Shown here: one piece after another, positions 1-12,693 of the stretch
Position numbering within the stretch: position 1 is the stretch's first letter
Layout: the number at the start of each line of letters is the position of its first letter
Source: Haliotis rubra
Taxonomy: Eukaryota
Reading direction: 5' to 3'
DNA length: 64,000 nt
NCBI RefSeq assembly: GCF_003918875.1
Contig: NW_025766525.1
Span: forward strand, 438,865 to 502,864
Translations under genes and position numbers: made by a program
The notes under the pieces: generated by a model
What the model was told of the DNA's origin: nothing
Database searches by the model: none
The model's input: only the letters and a program-made list of their open reading frames with translations

Positions 1-110
1 TTGAAACAATGAGTTAACCGAGAAAAGCGACCTTTCGATTCTTCCCCAGTTGTCAAGCTCGACTGAGGTTGTATGGAAACATGGCAGTCAACACCATCAG
101 CAACCACAAT

Positions 111-268
111 GGTGAGTGAGTGAGTTTGGTTTTACGCCGCTTTTAGCAATATTCCAGGTGGGGGACATCAGAAATGGGTTTCACACATTGTACCCACGTG
201 GGGAATCGAACGCGGGTCTTCAGCGTGACGAGCCAACGCTTTAACCACTAGGCTACCCCACCACCCCG
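111..268 (-). mobile_element. tRNA-derived SINE (family A) copy. Tail ...gctaaaagcggcgtaaaaccaaactcactcactc lies at the left end and the tRNA-like head at the right.
   Basis: RC reads ggggtagcctagtggttaaagcg...gttcgattcccc (tRNA-like A/B boxes) followed by the ctggaatattgctaaaagcggcgtaaaac + (ACTC)n tail. Flanked by a roughly 12 bp direct repeat (caaccacaatgg / cagccacaatgg) = TSD. Confidence 0.7.
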
Positions 269-2531
269 CAGCCACAATGGAGGTCGATGACGGTGTGGGA
301 ATCTTCATGGTCCCTCTGTACAATAAACAAGACGATGCTATCCATAAAGTCCTATGCTTCGTCGCACCAACTTCTAGATTGCCGATCAAACAATGACACG
401 CAAAGACTTCAGTATCAAATGGAAGTGTGAAATGGCAAAGGAGTGTTACACGTGTAACAACTGCATTAAAAAAAAATCTTACAAAATCAATAAAAAAAAT
501 GGAAGGATTTATAACGTCAGTAGTTGCTAGAGTGGCAGTGCAAACTTCAATGACAGTAAACTTACACCAGCAGTGGTTAGGTGCTAAGTCAGTGGTAATA
601 ACATTCACCCGGCAGCGACAGTCGTACAGCTTCCATATAAGGCTGGATCTCCACGGTGATAGTATTGTCTTCACACAACCCCTGGTCTTGATGTCATGTG
701 ATATGAGAGGCACCAGCCGTATGGTCGTAATACATTTTAGAAAATTGTATACCATACTGTATTAGTGTAGATTACAAACCCTGGGCCTGAGGAAATCTAG
801 ACTTGCTTCATTGAGGGGCCTGAGGAAATCTAGACTTGCTTCATTGAGGCCTTTAACATCTCAGAAAGGGCAGTCGGTCATTTGACTCAGCGACTGAGGC
901 AGACATCCCGTCAAGAATAGGTTACAGGGTACTACCCGGAGTGCCCGCAGGGTGGTCTACTGCCGTTATGGACGGAACTTCTTGCAATATCTGTTACTCA
1001 CGTCTGAATCACTTAAGTCGAATGTAAAACGACTTCTCAACACTGACTAGTCACCGGAAATTCAAGATGGTCGCCATTTTTCATTCAGAAAGCGTAACGG
1101 TTGTGAACAGTGGACAGTAACTTATCACCTGCACACGTGACACTGCCTCAGTTGCATCTGACAATCCGAGAACACTGTCTCATGTATATAGGTCTGTAGC
1201 CAGTAAACATGTCTCTATACATAACACGACACACCCATTAGTCCAGCTTCCTGTCAATCAGGGCATTATCAGATCAACGGGGAAACTAATTGTCCCGTGT
1301 CCTGCATGTTGTGTTTTATCGAGAAGATATTCGACGAAGGAAAACACTTGACTTCATGCTTTGTTTTCCGTCAATTAAACCTCTCCATCCTTATCGCCTT
1401 TAAGGTTCCCAACGCCGACACAGCAACATTTGTACTTCTATGTAAACTTCTAATATATTCTGACGGTAAGAACTTGAGTAAGTATCTATCCATGTTTGAC
1501 GGTGGCGAAGTTGTAAAAATAATAGTTTTTTTCAGCTGGTGACATACTGATCAGAGAGAGGATGGTATTGTCACGATCGCTTGGAGCCTGGTCACATACC
1601 AGTGTTCTCATAACGTTTATATAAATTTATTTTGTTAAAAGTCCTGTATTCAAGTGCATGCTGCCAGGGAGACTATATAAGGTAGAGTATCCCTGATGCT
1701 ACCTGGTGGCCGGCTGTTTTGCACAATATAACAGTCAACATTTCAGCTGCATTTTCAGACAATTGACGTTTCTCCTGCTTGATGCGCAGCAAGATCACCT
1801 ACAAACTAAATGCTTCCCATCACTTGGCTAGTTCCTTGAAATAAACGAAACATTCGTAAAATCTGCATGAGTTACACGCCATGGCTACTTTTCGATTCAG
1901 TGATGGATGGACCCGTCTGCATTATCCAGTGTGCTCTCCATCCTTTCATGACTGAACTCAATGAACTATTTTTCCCTCAAGGCTACAAGACATCATGTTG
2001 GGGGTTAACAGAGGTCCCTATAGACACATACATGGCGGCGGTGTGTGCAATGGTCACTTATAAGTATAACAGAGGTCCCTATAGACACATACATGGCGGC
2101 GGTGTGTGCAATGGTCACTTATAAGTATAATAAAACATTTACAGAAAATTAAAATTTCATCATGGGAAGTTTATTTCTACATTCCAGCAGTTTCACCAGT
2201 TTGAACATGGAAGAGGTCCTTGTATAATCAAGATATATTTTGAGCGATAAGTGACCAACTGTTCACAGATTAACAGTGTCATTGCACGTACAGAAGGTAC
2301 AGGTATGTTTATCTCTACCTGATTCAACTGGACGCCTGTAATAGTGCCATGTGGTATTGTGGGGGTAAATGGTCCAGGTAGAATCCTGTCATAAGTTCAT
2401 GTTGGATACGTTTATAGAATCCAGAATTGTGGATGTCTCCATATCACAGAGTCCATGTGGATGAACTGATCTTCAAGACATATCAACCATACATTTACAA
2501 GATATGTTTGGTAATTGATTTATGTTTTTTA

Positions 2532-4027
2532 AATTACACTCTTCAAAAAAAGAAACGCATATGTGATTTTGAGAATATTGGACGCATGCAGCTGTGGCAA
2601 AAACAATGCAAATAAAAAAATTCTTTTCAAACGTCATCTTTGTGTGATTGTAAACAGCTTTGAAACCTTAGCTTAGCCAAAACGCGACAATTTTAATTTT
2701 TTCCCTTATTTTAGAAGCGTTTGAATGAAATATTCGCCAAAACGTCACCAAGGACACATGCAAAGCACACTGCACGTGCAATTAAACGGAAAAGCATGCG
2801 ATATCGATCACTATAAAAATGCAAACGTTGTGTTTAATTTTGTCATGCTGTTTTGCCTGGAAAAGAGAAAATCATCATGCTACGACTGAGTGCCGCCAAT
2901 CGAAACATCGCCATAGGCCGCCTTGAAGCTGGGGAGCCGCAGTCTGCTGTTGCCCGACATTTCAACGTTCATCAGAGCCCCATATCTCGCCTTTGGGATC
3001 GTTTTCTGCAGACCAGTTCCGCGAAAGATCACCCGAGAAGCGGCCGTCCAAGAGTTACCCCCAAGCACAGAACTGCTATATCCGGGTAGCTCAGTTGTGT
3101 CATCCTGCCAAACGCATCCCTGGTTTGAGAAGACTTTCCAACCAAACTGTCAGGATCGATGCTTGAAGTGGGAATTCGACCAAGAAGGCCAGTTGTCGCC
3201 TCTGTTTTGAGAGACTTCCATCGGCGCAATCACTTGCGGTGGTGTCGTAAAGTAACCAGCTTTGAAACCTTAGAAACTGAAGGCGATCTGGTTCAGTGAT
3301 GAATCACGATTTCTTCTTCATCGGCGAGATGGAAGACAGCGTGTTTACCGTCGGTGAAATGAACGTTTTGTCCCTTATTGCATTCGACAGGTCGACAGAT
3401 TCAATGGAGGCAGTGTCATGGCGATATACAGCACACAGACATCTGATATAGTGGTGGTTCAGGGGAATTTTACAGCAAGTCCTTGCACGTCACATGATTC
3501 CGATTATGGACCGACAGAGGGAGCTGTTCCAGCATGACAACGCTACTTCACAAACGGGACGCGTCACGGTTCGCTACCTTGCCAATTCTAACGCCAGTGT
3601 CTTGCCATGGCCTTCCCAATCACTAGATCTAAACCCGATAGATGGGATGAACTCGGTCGATGTGTACGTCAACGTCAAAACACGCCTCAGATACTTCCAC
3701 AACTGGCCATCGCATTGCAGGAAGAGTGGGGAAGGATTCCGCAAGAGCGACTTCGTCGACTTTTCCAGTCTGTGCCGAGACGGTGCCGAGCAGTATTTCC
3801 TGGCAATGGTGGCCATACAAAGTACTGACTTTGACGCCATCTTGTGGACTCTCAAATAAACAGGAGCACAACAATTAAGGTTGCTGTTGTGCTGGCGAGG
3901 TCTTTGTCTATAGACGTGGGAATTTCCACCGTTTTACCATTGAAATTACATGAAATAATTGCCCTTAAACTAACGCAATAAATTCTTCTAAAATGGCTTA
4001 TGCGTTTCTTTTTTGAAGAGTGTAATT
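2532..4027 (+). mobile_element. Tc1/mariner-like DNA transposon relic with terminal inverted repeats
   Basis: About 28 bp inverted repeats (tacactcttcaaaaaaagaaacgcatatg at 2536-2563; its RC at 3996-4026) enclose a roughly 1.5 kb element. The interior translates to Tc1-type transposase motifs in several frames. Confidence 0.7.
2853..3859 (+). pseudogene. Tc1-like transposase, frameshifted and stop-containing
   Basis: N-terminal HTH segment (...GRPRVTPKHRTAI). Middle segment DESRFLLHRRDGRQRVYRR*NERF...GGSVMAIY. C-terminal segment FQHDNATSQTGRVTVRYLANSNASVLPWPSQSLDLNPID (DDE region; LPWPSQSxDLNPIE is a Tc1 signature). The frame is broken at least twice. Confidence 0.7.
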
Positions 4028-4494
4028 ATAAGAATAATTATTGTTGCATTTATCAAATAATATGTTATACATAATAGAGGATATTTGTGACGATTTTCCA
4101 GTGATTAATCTTGTCCTGAAGGCGATGATTTTACTCAATTTATCACAGTGATGTCAAGTGATTTACGCGCCATTTCTGCATGCAACATGTGTAAGGGAGT
4201 GGTCTTTTTGATAGGTAACAATTTTCTGATGCAGTCAGGTGAATCTTTTCATTTATACAGCTATTTTTAAAAAAAAACAGGTTTCAGAACCTGGGATGGG
4301 ATTGTAATTGCATCAAGTAATTTTAATTAGAAGGTTATCTAAATGTTGTATACTGTAGCTTTAGTCAATAGAAAACGTAGTGCTTTTGATGCTTCTTCAC
4401 ACAGTAAGTGTTTTACACGTGTATCTGTCATGACGGAACGGAACATACTCTAGGATCATGAGAATTTTGTGAGAACGTGAACTATTTCTACTCA

Positions 4495-5997
4495 GGGATA
4501 CAACCTACCCCGAATGCCTTGTTGCACACAACCAACCTACCCTGAATGTCTTGTTGAATGGAAGAATTTTTGAAGAAACATGTGATAAACTATTTCTACT
4601 ATGTACTTCAGGAACAATTTGTTTTCAACCAAATTGTTGCACATAACCAACCTACCCTGAATGTATTGTTTCACATAACCAACCTACCCTGAATGTCTTG
4701 TTGCACATAACCAACCTACCCTGAATGTCTTGTTGCACATAACCAACCTACCCTGAATGCCTTGTTGCACATAACCAACCTACCCTGAATGTCTTGTTGC
4801 ACATAACCAACCTACCCTGAATGTCTTGTTGCACATAACCAACCTACATGCACATAACCAACCTACCCTGAATGTCTTGTTTGGTGCGCATAGCCACATA
4901 ACCAACCTACCCTGAATGTCTTGTTGCACATAACCAACCTACCCTGAATGCTTGTTGCACATAACCAACCTACCCCTGAATGTCTTGTTGCACATAACCA
5001 ACCTACCCCTGAATGTCTTGTTGCACATAACCAACCTACCCTGAATGTCTTGTTGCACATAACCAACCTGAACCTGAATTGTCTTGTTGCACATAACCAA
5101 CCTACCCCCTGAATGTCTTGGTGCACATTGCCAACCTACCCTGAATGTCTTGTGCAATGCGCCACATAACCAACCTACCCTGAATGTCTTGTTGCACATA
5201 ACCAAACCCATGTCTTTTGCACCATAACCAACCTACCCTGAATGTCTTGGTGCACATAACCAACCTACCCTGAATGTCTTGTTGCACATAACCAACCTAC
5301 CCTGAATGTCTTGTTGCACATAACCAACCTACCCTGAATGTCTTGTTGCACATAACCAACCTACCCTGAATGTCTTGTTGCACATAACCAACCTACCCTG
5401 AATGTCTTGTTGCACATAACCAACCTACCCTGAATGTCTTGTTGCACATAACCAACCTACCCTGAATGTCTTGTTACACATAACCAACCTACCCTGAATG
5501 TCTTGTTGCACATAACCAACCTACCCTGAATGTCTTGTTGCACATAACCAACCTACCTGAATGTCTTGTTGCACATAACCAACCTACCCTGAATGTCTTG
5601 GTGCACATAACCAACCTACCCTGAATGTCTTGTTACACATAACCAACCTACCCTGAATGTCTTGTTGCACATAAGCAACCAACCTACCCTGATTGTCTTG
5701 TTGCACATAACCAACCTACCTGAATGTCTTGGTGCACATAGCCAACCTACTTACCCTGAATGTCTTGTTACACATAACCAACCTACCATGAATGTCTTGT
5801 TGCACATAACCAACCTACCCTGAATGTATTGTTTCACATAACCAACCTACCCTGAATGTCTTGTTGCACATAGCCAACCTACCCTGAATGTCTTGTTACA
5901 CATAACCAACCTACCCTGAATGTCTTGTTGCACATAACCAACCTACCCTGAATGTCTTGTTGCACATAACCAACCCACCCTGAATGCCTTGTTGAAC
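4495..5997. repeat. Minisatellite, 32 bp unit (gcacataaccaacctaccctgaatgtcttgtt), about 45 copies
   Basis: Direct reading of head-to-tail copies with point variants. A short interruption lies at 4560-4650. Confidence 0.9.
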
Positions 5998-6379
5998 GTA
6001 ATGTTACGTGTCGATTCCCAAGTTGGAACTGAAAAGTTAACTGGGAATCAGTCCTAGGTGTGAAACAAACATACAACAAAGACATCTTGGAATTAATCAC
6101 TGTGTTCCAATTAACTTAGCTCACAAATCAACACAAACGTATCACTATTGCAGTAGAAAATGTGTAGCAGTACAAATTCAAAGACAGTATAATACAAGAA
6201 CAGTGATTGCTAAAGAAAATTATGGTAAAATTCACCTCTCAGTAACAGTAATCCAACTTCACAAAATAAGTGTGAGCAAAATGATCCTGGGGTAGGGAGT
6301 GATCACTGTGATCAGTTGCTGGTGTTCTTGTGGCTTTGGTAATGTGAGATGAGTGGCAATAGCTAGCACCCATTATACC

Positions 6380-6470
6380 TCCTCACAGACGATTCTAGGG
6401 TAACGACCTTGTGACCATTTCCAGACCATTCTGTCTAAATCTAGAACAAGCCTAAATATAGCACACCACT
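6380..6470 (-). repeat. Left copy of an inverted about 60 bp repeat. Its partner lies at 8640-8710.
   Basis: RC of 6400-6460 (agatttagacagaatggtctggaaatggtcacaaggtcgttaccc) is about 80% identical to 8646-8705 (agatttagacagaatgatctggaaagggctacaagatccttattcc). The same similarity shows as similar peptides in the ORF track (LDLDRMVWKWSQGRYPRIV vs IDLDRMIWKGLQDPYSRIT). Confidence 0.55.
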
Positions 6471-7959
6471 TTCCCTTACTGAATCTATAAGTAGAATGTG
6501 TAACCGCTGAAACATGTTGCCCAACGTATAACACTGCCTCATAACAGTAATATCTAGAACCCACAAGAACCCGCATTATCCGCCTGAAGATACCTACTAC
6601 CCCATGTACCTAGTACCCACGTGAACTAGTACCTGGTACTTACGTCGCAGCTGTAGCTGAGCTGGCTTAGTCAGAGTTCGGGGGATTGGCCCTGACACCA
6701 TACAATAACACTCACTGAACCATTCCTGTCACGTAAGTAAAAGTATTAGGTCTATTCTATATGAAAATATTGATTGTTTGTTCGTAATAAAACAACTGAA
6801 GTGAATGAATTGGATTCAACCAAAATCAGACAAAGGTTCAAAACTGGCACATGACAGGAAAATAATGAAATATCAGCAAGATATCGAGCGTCGTTGTGTT
6901 TGCTAGGGAGAAGGAAACTGGGTTTGGCAGGTGATATATGGTAAGTTAGACAGAGGTTTTCGCTGGAAAGCTTTAAGCAGTGTGTCTGAAGAGACATTCG
7001 GATTTATCTTGACGAGCAGAAAGTCAATCAGTTGCACCAAGCTGCTACCCTGCCAGGGGATTATTATAGTTTTAGGTAGTCAGTGTTTTCAGGCAGGAGT
7101 TCCCAGGGTTATAAACCATGCAGGGATAGTCTAACCTTCCCAGTGTGTTTTCAGGCAGGAGTTCCCAGGGTTATAAACCATGAAGGGGCAGGCTAACCTC
7201 CCCAGTTGAACAAGTTACAGGGAGTAGGCCCAGAACTAAAAAATTTTAGCCAACATGGCACCCAAGACGATGACAATGTTCCAGTGTGCTGTTACTTCCG
7301 TTTTGAAAAGGTATTGGAGGCCAACAGATGCACCTGCTGATAAAGAATAGAGGATTTTTTTATGACATTGTACTTCCAAATTCAATTCAAAAACATGTTT
7401 TGCGTTTGTGAATTTTGCCCCATTTTCTTTTGGTCTAAATCGCGCATGTCCTTGCTGAACTTTGCAAAACCTGCCAAGTGTGTAAAATGGTTGGCAAACC
7501 TTATCAGCTAAGGTTTCATTTATTCTGACCTGGTCTTTGGGCATACTTACTGTTCTTGGATCAAAGAAGCGCTTGAGGGAGCACTGGGTTTTTATTATGT
7601 GTCTGAAATGAGTTTGTTAGATTATGTTTCCTCTTTTCGGACTAGGCTTTTGAAAGCTCCTGAATTTGTTAGGCAATAGGCATAATTCGAAAGGATCCCA
7701 GGACATGATGAAAATAGATTATGATAAGATGACAAGAAGTCTTGAGACAGAAATTTCAGTCCTGGCAATAAAGTGTTTTTTGTTTTCCCTAGTCAGCCAT
7801 TACAAGCTAGGTACCATGAGCCATGTGTTATTGATAAGAAAGTCAGTGATACTGACTAAGTTGTGCTGGCACCAACTCGTCGTAAACAGACACAACATTG
7901 CCATCCCAATATGACAGTACGGACATAATAGGTGTGAGCGTTGTTTCTAAAACTGTCTC

Positions 7960-8485
7960 TTACCGAATACCAGAATTGGTCAAACCAGGTACGTCAGCAT
8001 GTTTGACTTAATGAAGGGGTACTGGCAGATTCCACTGACAGAGATTGCCAAGCAGGTTACAGCGTTTGTATCTATACAAAGTAATGCCACCTTCCAGCGA
8101 CGACATTACTGACAAGCTAGTTGGAGATGGCGCCTACATCGTTCATACCATCACTCATTCCGTGGACTGGGAAGACACTGAAGCCAAGCTGACTGTGGAT
8201 TTAGCAGAATGTGAATTTGCATAGGTACAGGTACAATGTGTAGGTCATGTCATAGGCCTGGATCAGGTACCGCCGTTTCAAACGAAGGTGGAATCAAGTT
8301 CGAAATCCCCAGGTCCTCAAAAACAAGTGAAACTCATGATATTTTAGTGAACGGCTGATTTACTACGTCTCAGTTGTAGCAGACCCTCCCACTGATATTC
8401 TCGGCACCTAATAGGCTGGAGCTTGTTTTTGCAGGAATTTGATTTAGACATCAAACATATTAAAGCCAAAGAAAATATTATCGCT
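7960..8485 (+). mobile_element. LTR-retrotransposon pol fragment (RT core and RNase H-end motifs), degraded
   Basis: Translation FDLMKGYWQIPLTEIAKQVTAFV matches the RT motif of Ty3/gypsy- and BEL-like elements. Downstream, EFDLDIKHIKAKENIIADALTG matches the conserved F-F-I-H-G--N--ADALSR motif. Stops and frameshifts lie between them and no LTRs were seen. Confidence 0.5.
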
Positions 8486-8639
8486 GATGCTTTAACAGGA
8501 TATGGTTGAGGGTGATCAGTTTTGACAAGATTTGAATTTTGGGTGAACATATCTTATACTTATTGTATCGTTGTTCAACACCATTTCAACTGCCACACAA
8601 TCTGCCTATATATTCAGTAAGAAGCAGTGATGTGCTGTA

Positions 8640-8710
8640 TTGAAAATAGATTTAGACAGAATGATCTGGAAAGGGCTACAAGATCCTTATTCCAGAATCA
8701 CCTGCCTGAT
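8640..8710 (+). repeat. Right copy of the inverted about 60 bp repeat (see 6380-6470)
   Basis: See the partner entry. Confidence 0.55.
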
Positions 8711-8961
8711 AGAAGTATATACATGTAGGGGGGTCTACCTATTGTCTCTTAGTTCACTTACATCTCAAGCAACAAGAGGGCCAGCATTTTGTGTCATAGC
8801 TTTCTACGCTAGTACTCACCCTGAGTAGCCCTGGAGTACTGTTACTGTGAATATCACCATCACTGTCTACATTGCTGTAACTACTGTCTTGTACTGCCTC
8901 TCTCAGTTGGTACTGCCACTTGATTCCGCCCTGCCCTACTGATACCTGTGTATTGATTTGT

Positions 8962-10960
8962 GGGTTCTAGGTGCTGGGTACCTGGAGTAGTGGTTCATGG
9001 GGGTTCTAGGTGCTGGGTACCTGGAGTAGTGGTTCATGGGGGTTCTAGGTGCTGGGTACCTGGGAGTAGTGGTTCATGGGGGTTCTAGGTGCTGGGTACC
9101 TGGAGTAGTGGTTCATGGGGGTTCTAGGTGCTGTACCTGGAGTAGTGGTACCTGGGTACCTGGGAGTAGTGGTTCATGGGGGTTCTAGGTGCTGGGTACC
9201 TGGAGTAGTGGTTCATGGGGGTTCTAGGTGCTGGGTACCTGGAGTAGTGGTTCATGGGGGTTCTAGGTGCTGGGTACCTGGAGTAGTGGTTCATGGGGGT
9301 TCTAGGTGCTGGGTACCTGGAGTAGTGGTTCATGGGGGTTCTAGGTGCTGGGTACCTGGAGTAGTAGTGGTTCATGGGTAGTGGTTCATGGGGTTCTAGG
9401 TGCTGGGTACCTGCTGGGTAGTGGTTCATGGGGGTTCTAGGTGCTGGGTACCTGGAGTAGTGGTTCATAGTGGTTCATGGGGGTGCTCTAGGTGCTGGGC
9501 TACCTGGAGTAGTGGTTCATGGGGGTTCTAGGTGCTGGGTACCTGGAGTAGTGGTTCATGGGGGTTCTAGGTGCTGGGTACCTGGGAGTAGTGGTTCATG
9601 GGGGTTCTAGGTGCTGGGTACCTGGGTAGTGGTTCATGGGGGGGTTGGGTACCTGGAGTGTAGTGGTTCAGTTCTAGCTGGGTACCTGGGGTAGTGGTTC
9701 ATGGGGGTTCTAGGTGCTGGGTACCTGGAGTAGTGGTTCATGGGGTTCTAGGTGCTGGGTACCTGGAGTAGTGGTTCATGGGGGTTCTAGGTGCTGGGTA
9801 CCTGGGGGGGTAGTGGTTCATGGGGGTTCTAGGTGCTGGGTACCTGGAGTAGTGGTTCATGGGGTTCTAGGTGCTGGGTACCTGGGGTAGTGGTTCATGG
9901 GGGTTGCTAGGTGCTGGGTACCTGGAGTAGTGGTTCATGGGGGTTCTAGGTGCTGGGTACCTGGAGTAGTGGTTCATAGGGGTTCTAGGTGCTGGGTACC
10001 TGGAGTAGTGGTTCATAGGGGTTCTAGGTGCTGGGTACCTGGAGTAGTGGTTCATGGGGGGTTCTAGGTGCTGGGTACCTGGAGTAGTGGTTCATGGGGT
10101 TCTAGGTGCTGGGTACCTGGAGTAGTGGTTCATGGGGTTCTAGGTGCTGGGTACCTGGGGTAGTGGTTCATGGGGGTTCTAGGTGCTGGGTACCTGGAGT
10201 AGTGGTTCATGGGGGTTCTAGGTGCTGGGTACCTGGAGTAGTGGTTCATGGGGGTTCTAGGTGCTGGGTACCTGGAGTAGTGGTTCATGGGGGTTCTAGG
10301 TGCTGGGTACCTGGAGTAGTGGTTCATGGGGGTTCTAGGTGCTGGGTACCTGGGGTAGTGGTTCATGGGGGTTCTAGGTGCTGGGTACCTGGAGTAGTGG
10401 TTCATGGGGGTTCTAGGTGCTGGGTACCTGGAGTAGTGGTTCATAGGGGTTCTAGGTGCTGGGTACCTGGGGTAGTGGTTCATGGGGGTTCTAGGTGCTG
10501 GGTACCTGGAGTAGTGGTTCATGGGGTTCTAGGTGTACCTGGGTACCTAGGGGGTTCTAGTAGTGGTTCATGGGGGGGCTGGGTACCTAGGTGCTGGTTC
10601 TACCTGGGTACCTGGGAGTAGTGGTTCATGGGGGTTCTAGGTGCTGGGTACCTGGAGTAGTGGTTCATGGGGGTTCTAGGTGCTGGGTACCTGGGTAGTG
10701 GTTCATGGGGGTTCTAGGTGCTGGGTACCTGGAGTAGTGGTTCATGGGGGTTCTAGGTGCTGGGTACCTGGAGTAGTAGTGGTTGCATGGGGGTTCTAGG
10801 TGCTGGGTACCTGGAGTAGTGGTTCATGGGGGTTCACCTGGGGTAGTGGTTCATAGGGGTTCTAGGTGCTGGGTACCTGGAGTAGTGGTTCATGGGGGTT
10901 CTAGGTGCTGGGTACCTGGAGTAGTGGTTCATAGGGGTTCTAAGTATTAGGTACACCTGG
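8962..10960. repeat. Minisatellite, 39 bp unit (ggttctaggtgctgggtacctggagtagtggttcatggg), about 50 copies
   Basis: Direct reading. The array is G-rich on the plus strand and degenerates towards 11010. Confidence 0.9.
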
Positions 10961-11061
10961 TACTAGTTCATGTGGGTCTTTGGTATTGGGTACATGGGGT
11001 GGTAGGTATATATCTACAGGCTCATATTAAACCTCGGATGTGAGGTGTTGAAAATCCCTCA

Positions 11062-11130
11062 ATGTGTGTGTGTGTGTGTGTGTGTGTGCGCATGCGTGCA
11101 TGCATATGCGTGCGCGTGAGTGTGTGTGCT
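11062..11130. repeat. (GT)n microsatellite decaying into GT/GC-rich low complexity
   Basis: gtgtgtgtgtgtgtgtgtgtgtgtgcgcatgcgtgcatgcatatgcgtgcgcgtgagtgtgtgtgc. Confidence 0.9.
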
Positions 11131-11874
11131 TGCTTGCGAGTACCTGCTGTGATGAATCGATGTTTTCTACCCTTGTTGGCGAGCGCCATGGAGGGTAAAA
11201 AGTACCATCGTTTATCGTATTTTAATATAATGCTGACCACGGAAGCGGTAAAATGTAACGTGTGTTGAACTTAAAGGTTTTAACTATCGAAATATGAACT
11301 ATGTAGAATAGGACGTGGAACAACGCATCATATATTTTCCCTGTGCATCCGGGTCCTGTCGCCCTTGCTTGTAAGAAACATTGAGGAGAGGGTTGTAGGC
11401 ATCTCCAATGCGTTATGACCAGTTATTACCCAGCAGCTTTCTGACGTTAGTAGTTGTCTAGTTCCCCCGTCGCTGCCTTAGCATAGGAATCCCTCGCTTC
11501 ATAGTCTGCATTGATTGGACAGCTAGTTTAACAGTTGCGTCACAAGTTCGAATCGATCGCTAAACGGAGTATCGAACAGATCGGGGGTATTTATCATGAT
11601 AGTATTGATACCCTTGATGATGGAGGGTGGGGATATTCTAATACAGACTAACTGATAGTCTATTTTGTGACGGGCCACAGGTCCACAATACATTAACATA
11701 TAGCATGGCATTCCACGCTTGCTGGAGTAAAGTATAAAACAGTTGTTTAATTCAGGAAAACCTGGGCAATTAAAAATATACTAAGAACGTTCATGTGAAG
11801 GTTAACGTCAGTTTGCATTAGTTGCGTGGTCTAAAAATGGCGATTCAGTGTTAACGACCTATTTGGATACATTC

Positions 11875-12170
11875 CTTGAATCGACCCGTGAAGATAAGGG
11901 TAGAATAGGTCTTCGGCAACCCATGCTTGCCACAAAAGGCGACTCTGCTTGTCGTAAGAGGCAACTAACGGGATCGGGTGGTCAGGCTCGCTGACTTGGT
12001 TGACACATATCATAGGGTTCCCAATTGCGCAGATCGATGCTCATGCTGTTGATCACTGGATTGTCTGGTCCAGACTCGATTATTTACATATGGCCGCCAT
12101 ATAGCTGGAATATTGCTGAGTGCGTCGTAAAACTAAACTCACTCACTCACTCATTCCTTGAACCCGAATG
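11875..12170 (+). mobile_element. SINE family B copy (near full length), sharing its 3' tail with family A
   Basis: About 300 bp body (…gcaacccatgcttgccacaaaagg…gatcgatgctcatgctgttgatcactggattgtctggtccagactcgattatttaca…) ending in ctggaatattgctgagtgcgtcgtaaaactaaactcactcactcactc. Related copies lie at 54060, 56636, 61855 and 63850. Confidence 0.7.
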
Positions 12171-12469
12171 TTTCTACCAATTTACTGAACATACACTCCA
12201 AACAGGTTTCAGACAGAGAGCTTTGAACGATACGCTCGTAAAATATGACTGGCATTTCTTACTAAAGACCTTTTGAAATCGAACTTCTAAACAGCGTTTG
12301 TGATTGAACATTGTTCGAGTATATTGTCATCCAAGTTACATGCCGCAGAATAAGCTTTCAAAAATATAACAATCATCTCTGAAACATCCGCATTTATTTC
12401 AAATTAGACACAGATCCACGGGGTTGTTTAGTCGGAGCCCATGCAATCTTAGCGGTCGCTTGCTGTAGG

Positions 12470-12638
12470 TCACGTGGTTTTGTTGTGGAACTCTCTCTCG
12501 AGTGGAGTTAATATTTTGCACTCCACGCGGTAACAGGTGCGCGACGAGTTGCTGAGAGAGTGCGGTAATTTCAAGCACGACGTACCACGGCTGTGATATG
12601 GATACGAATATAGACTGAAACTGCGCTGTGTTGCCACC
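12470..12638 (+). promoter_or_regulatory. CpG-rich putative promoter / 5'UTR of the WDCP-like gene
   Basis: Local CpG enrichment (cacgcggtaacaggtgcgcgacgagttgctgagagagtgcggtaatttcaagcacgacgtaccacgg) immediately upstream of a perfect Kozak gccaccATGG. The TSS itself is not determinable from sequence. Confidence 0.4.
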
Positions 12639-12693
12639 ATGGAGTTAGGGAGAGCAACATTGCGCGGGAATGGACTAAATCTCCTTCTAAACG
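12639..12693 (+). CDS. WDCP: WDCP-like gene, coding exon 1 (MELGRATLRGNGLNLLLN + 1 nt, phase-1 donor gtaaga)
   Basis: ATG in a perfect Kozak context with a strong donor. The peptide joins in phase with exon 2 at 27115 (…LLLNG|IHPRHGLVWTDG…). By recollection, the N-terminus of vertebrate WDCP/C2orf44 begins MELGKGKLL…[12 protein letters not shown]. This is unverified and needs BLAST. Confidence 0.55.

Noticed and set aside
7236-7544. 102-aa minus-strand ORF
   Set aside because: It is an isolated ORF with no recognisable domain. Splice signals and homology are absent, so I could not support a call.
9115-10621. ORFs on both strands across the 39 bp array
   Set aside because: They are periodic repeat translations with no gene structure.
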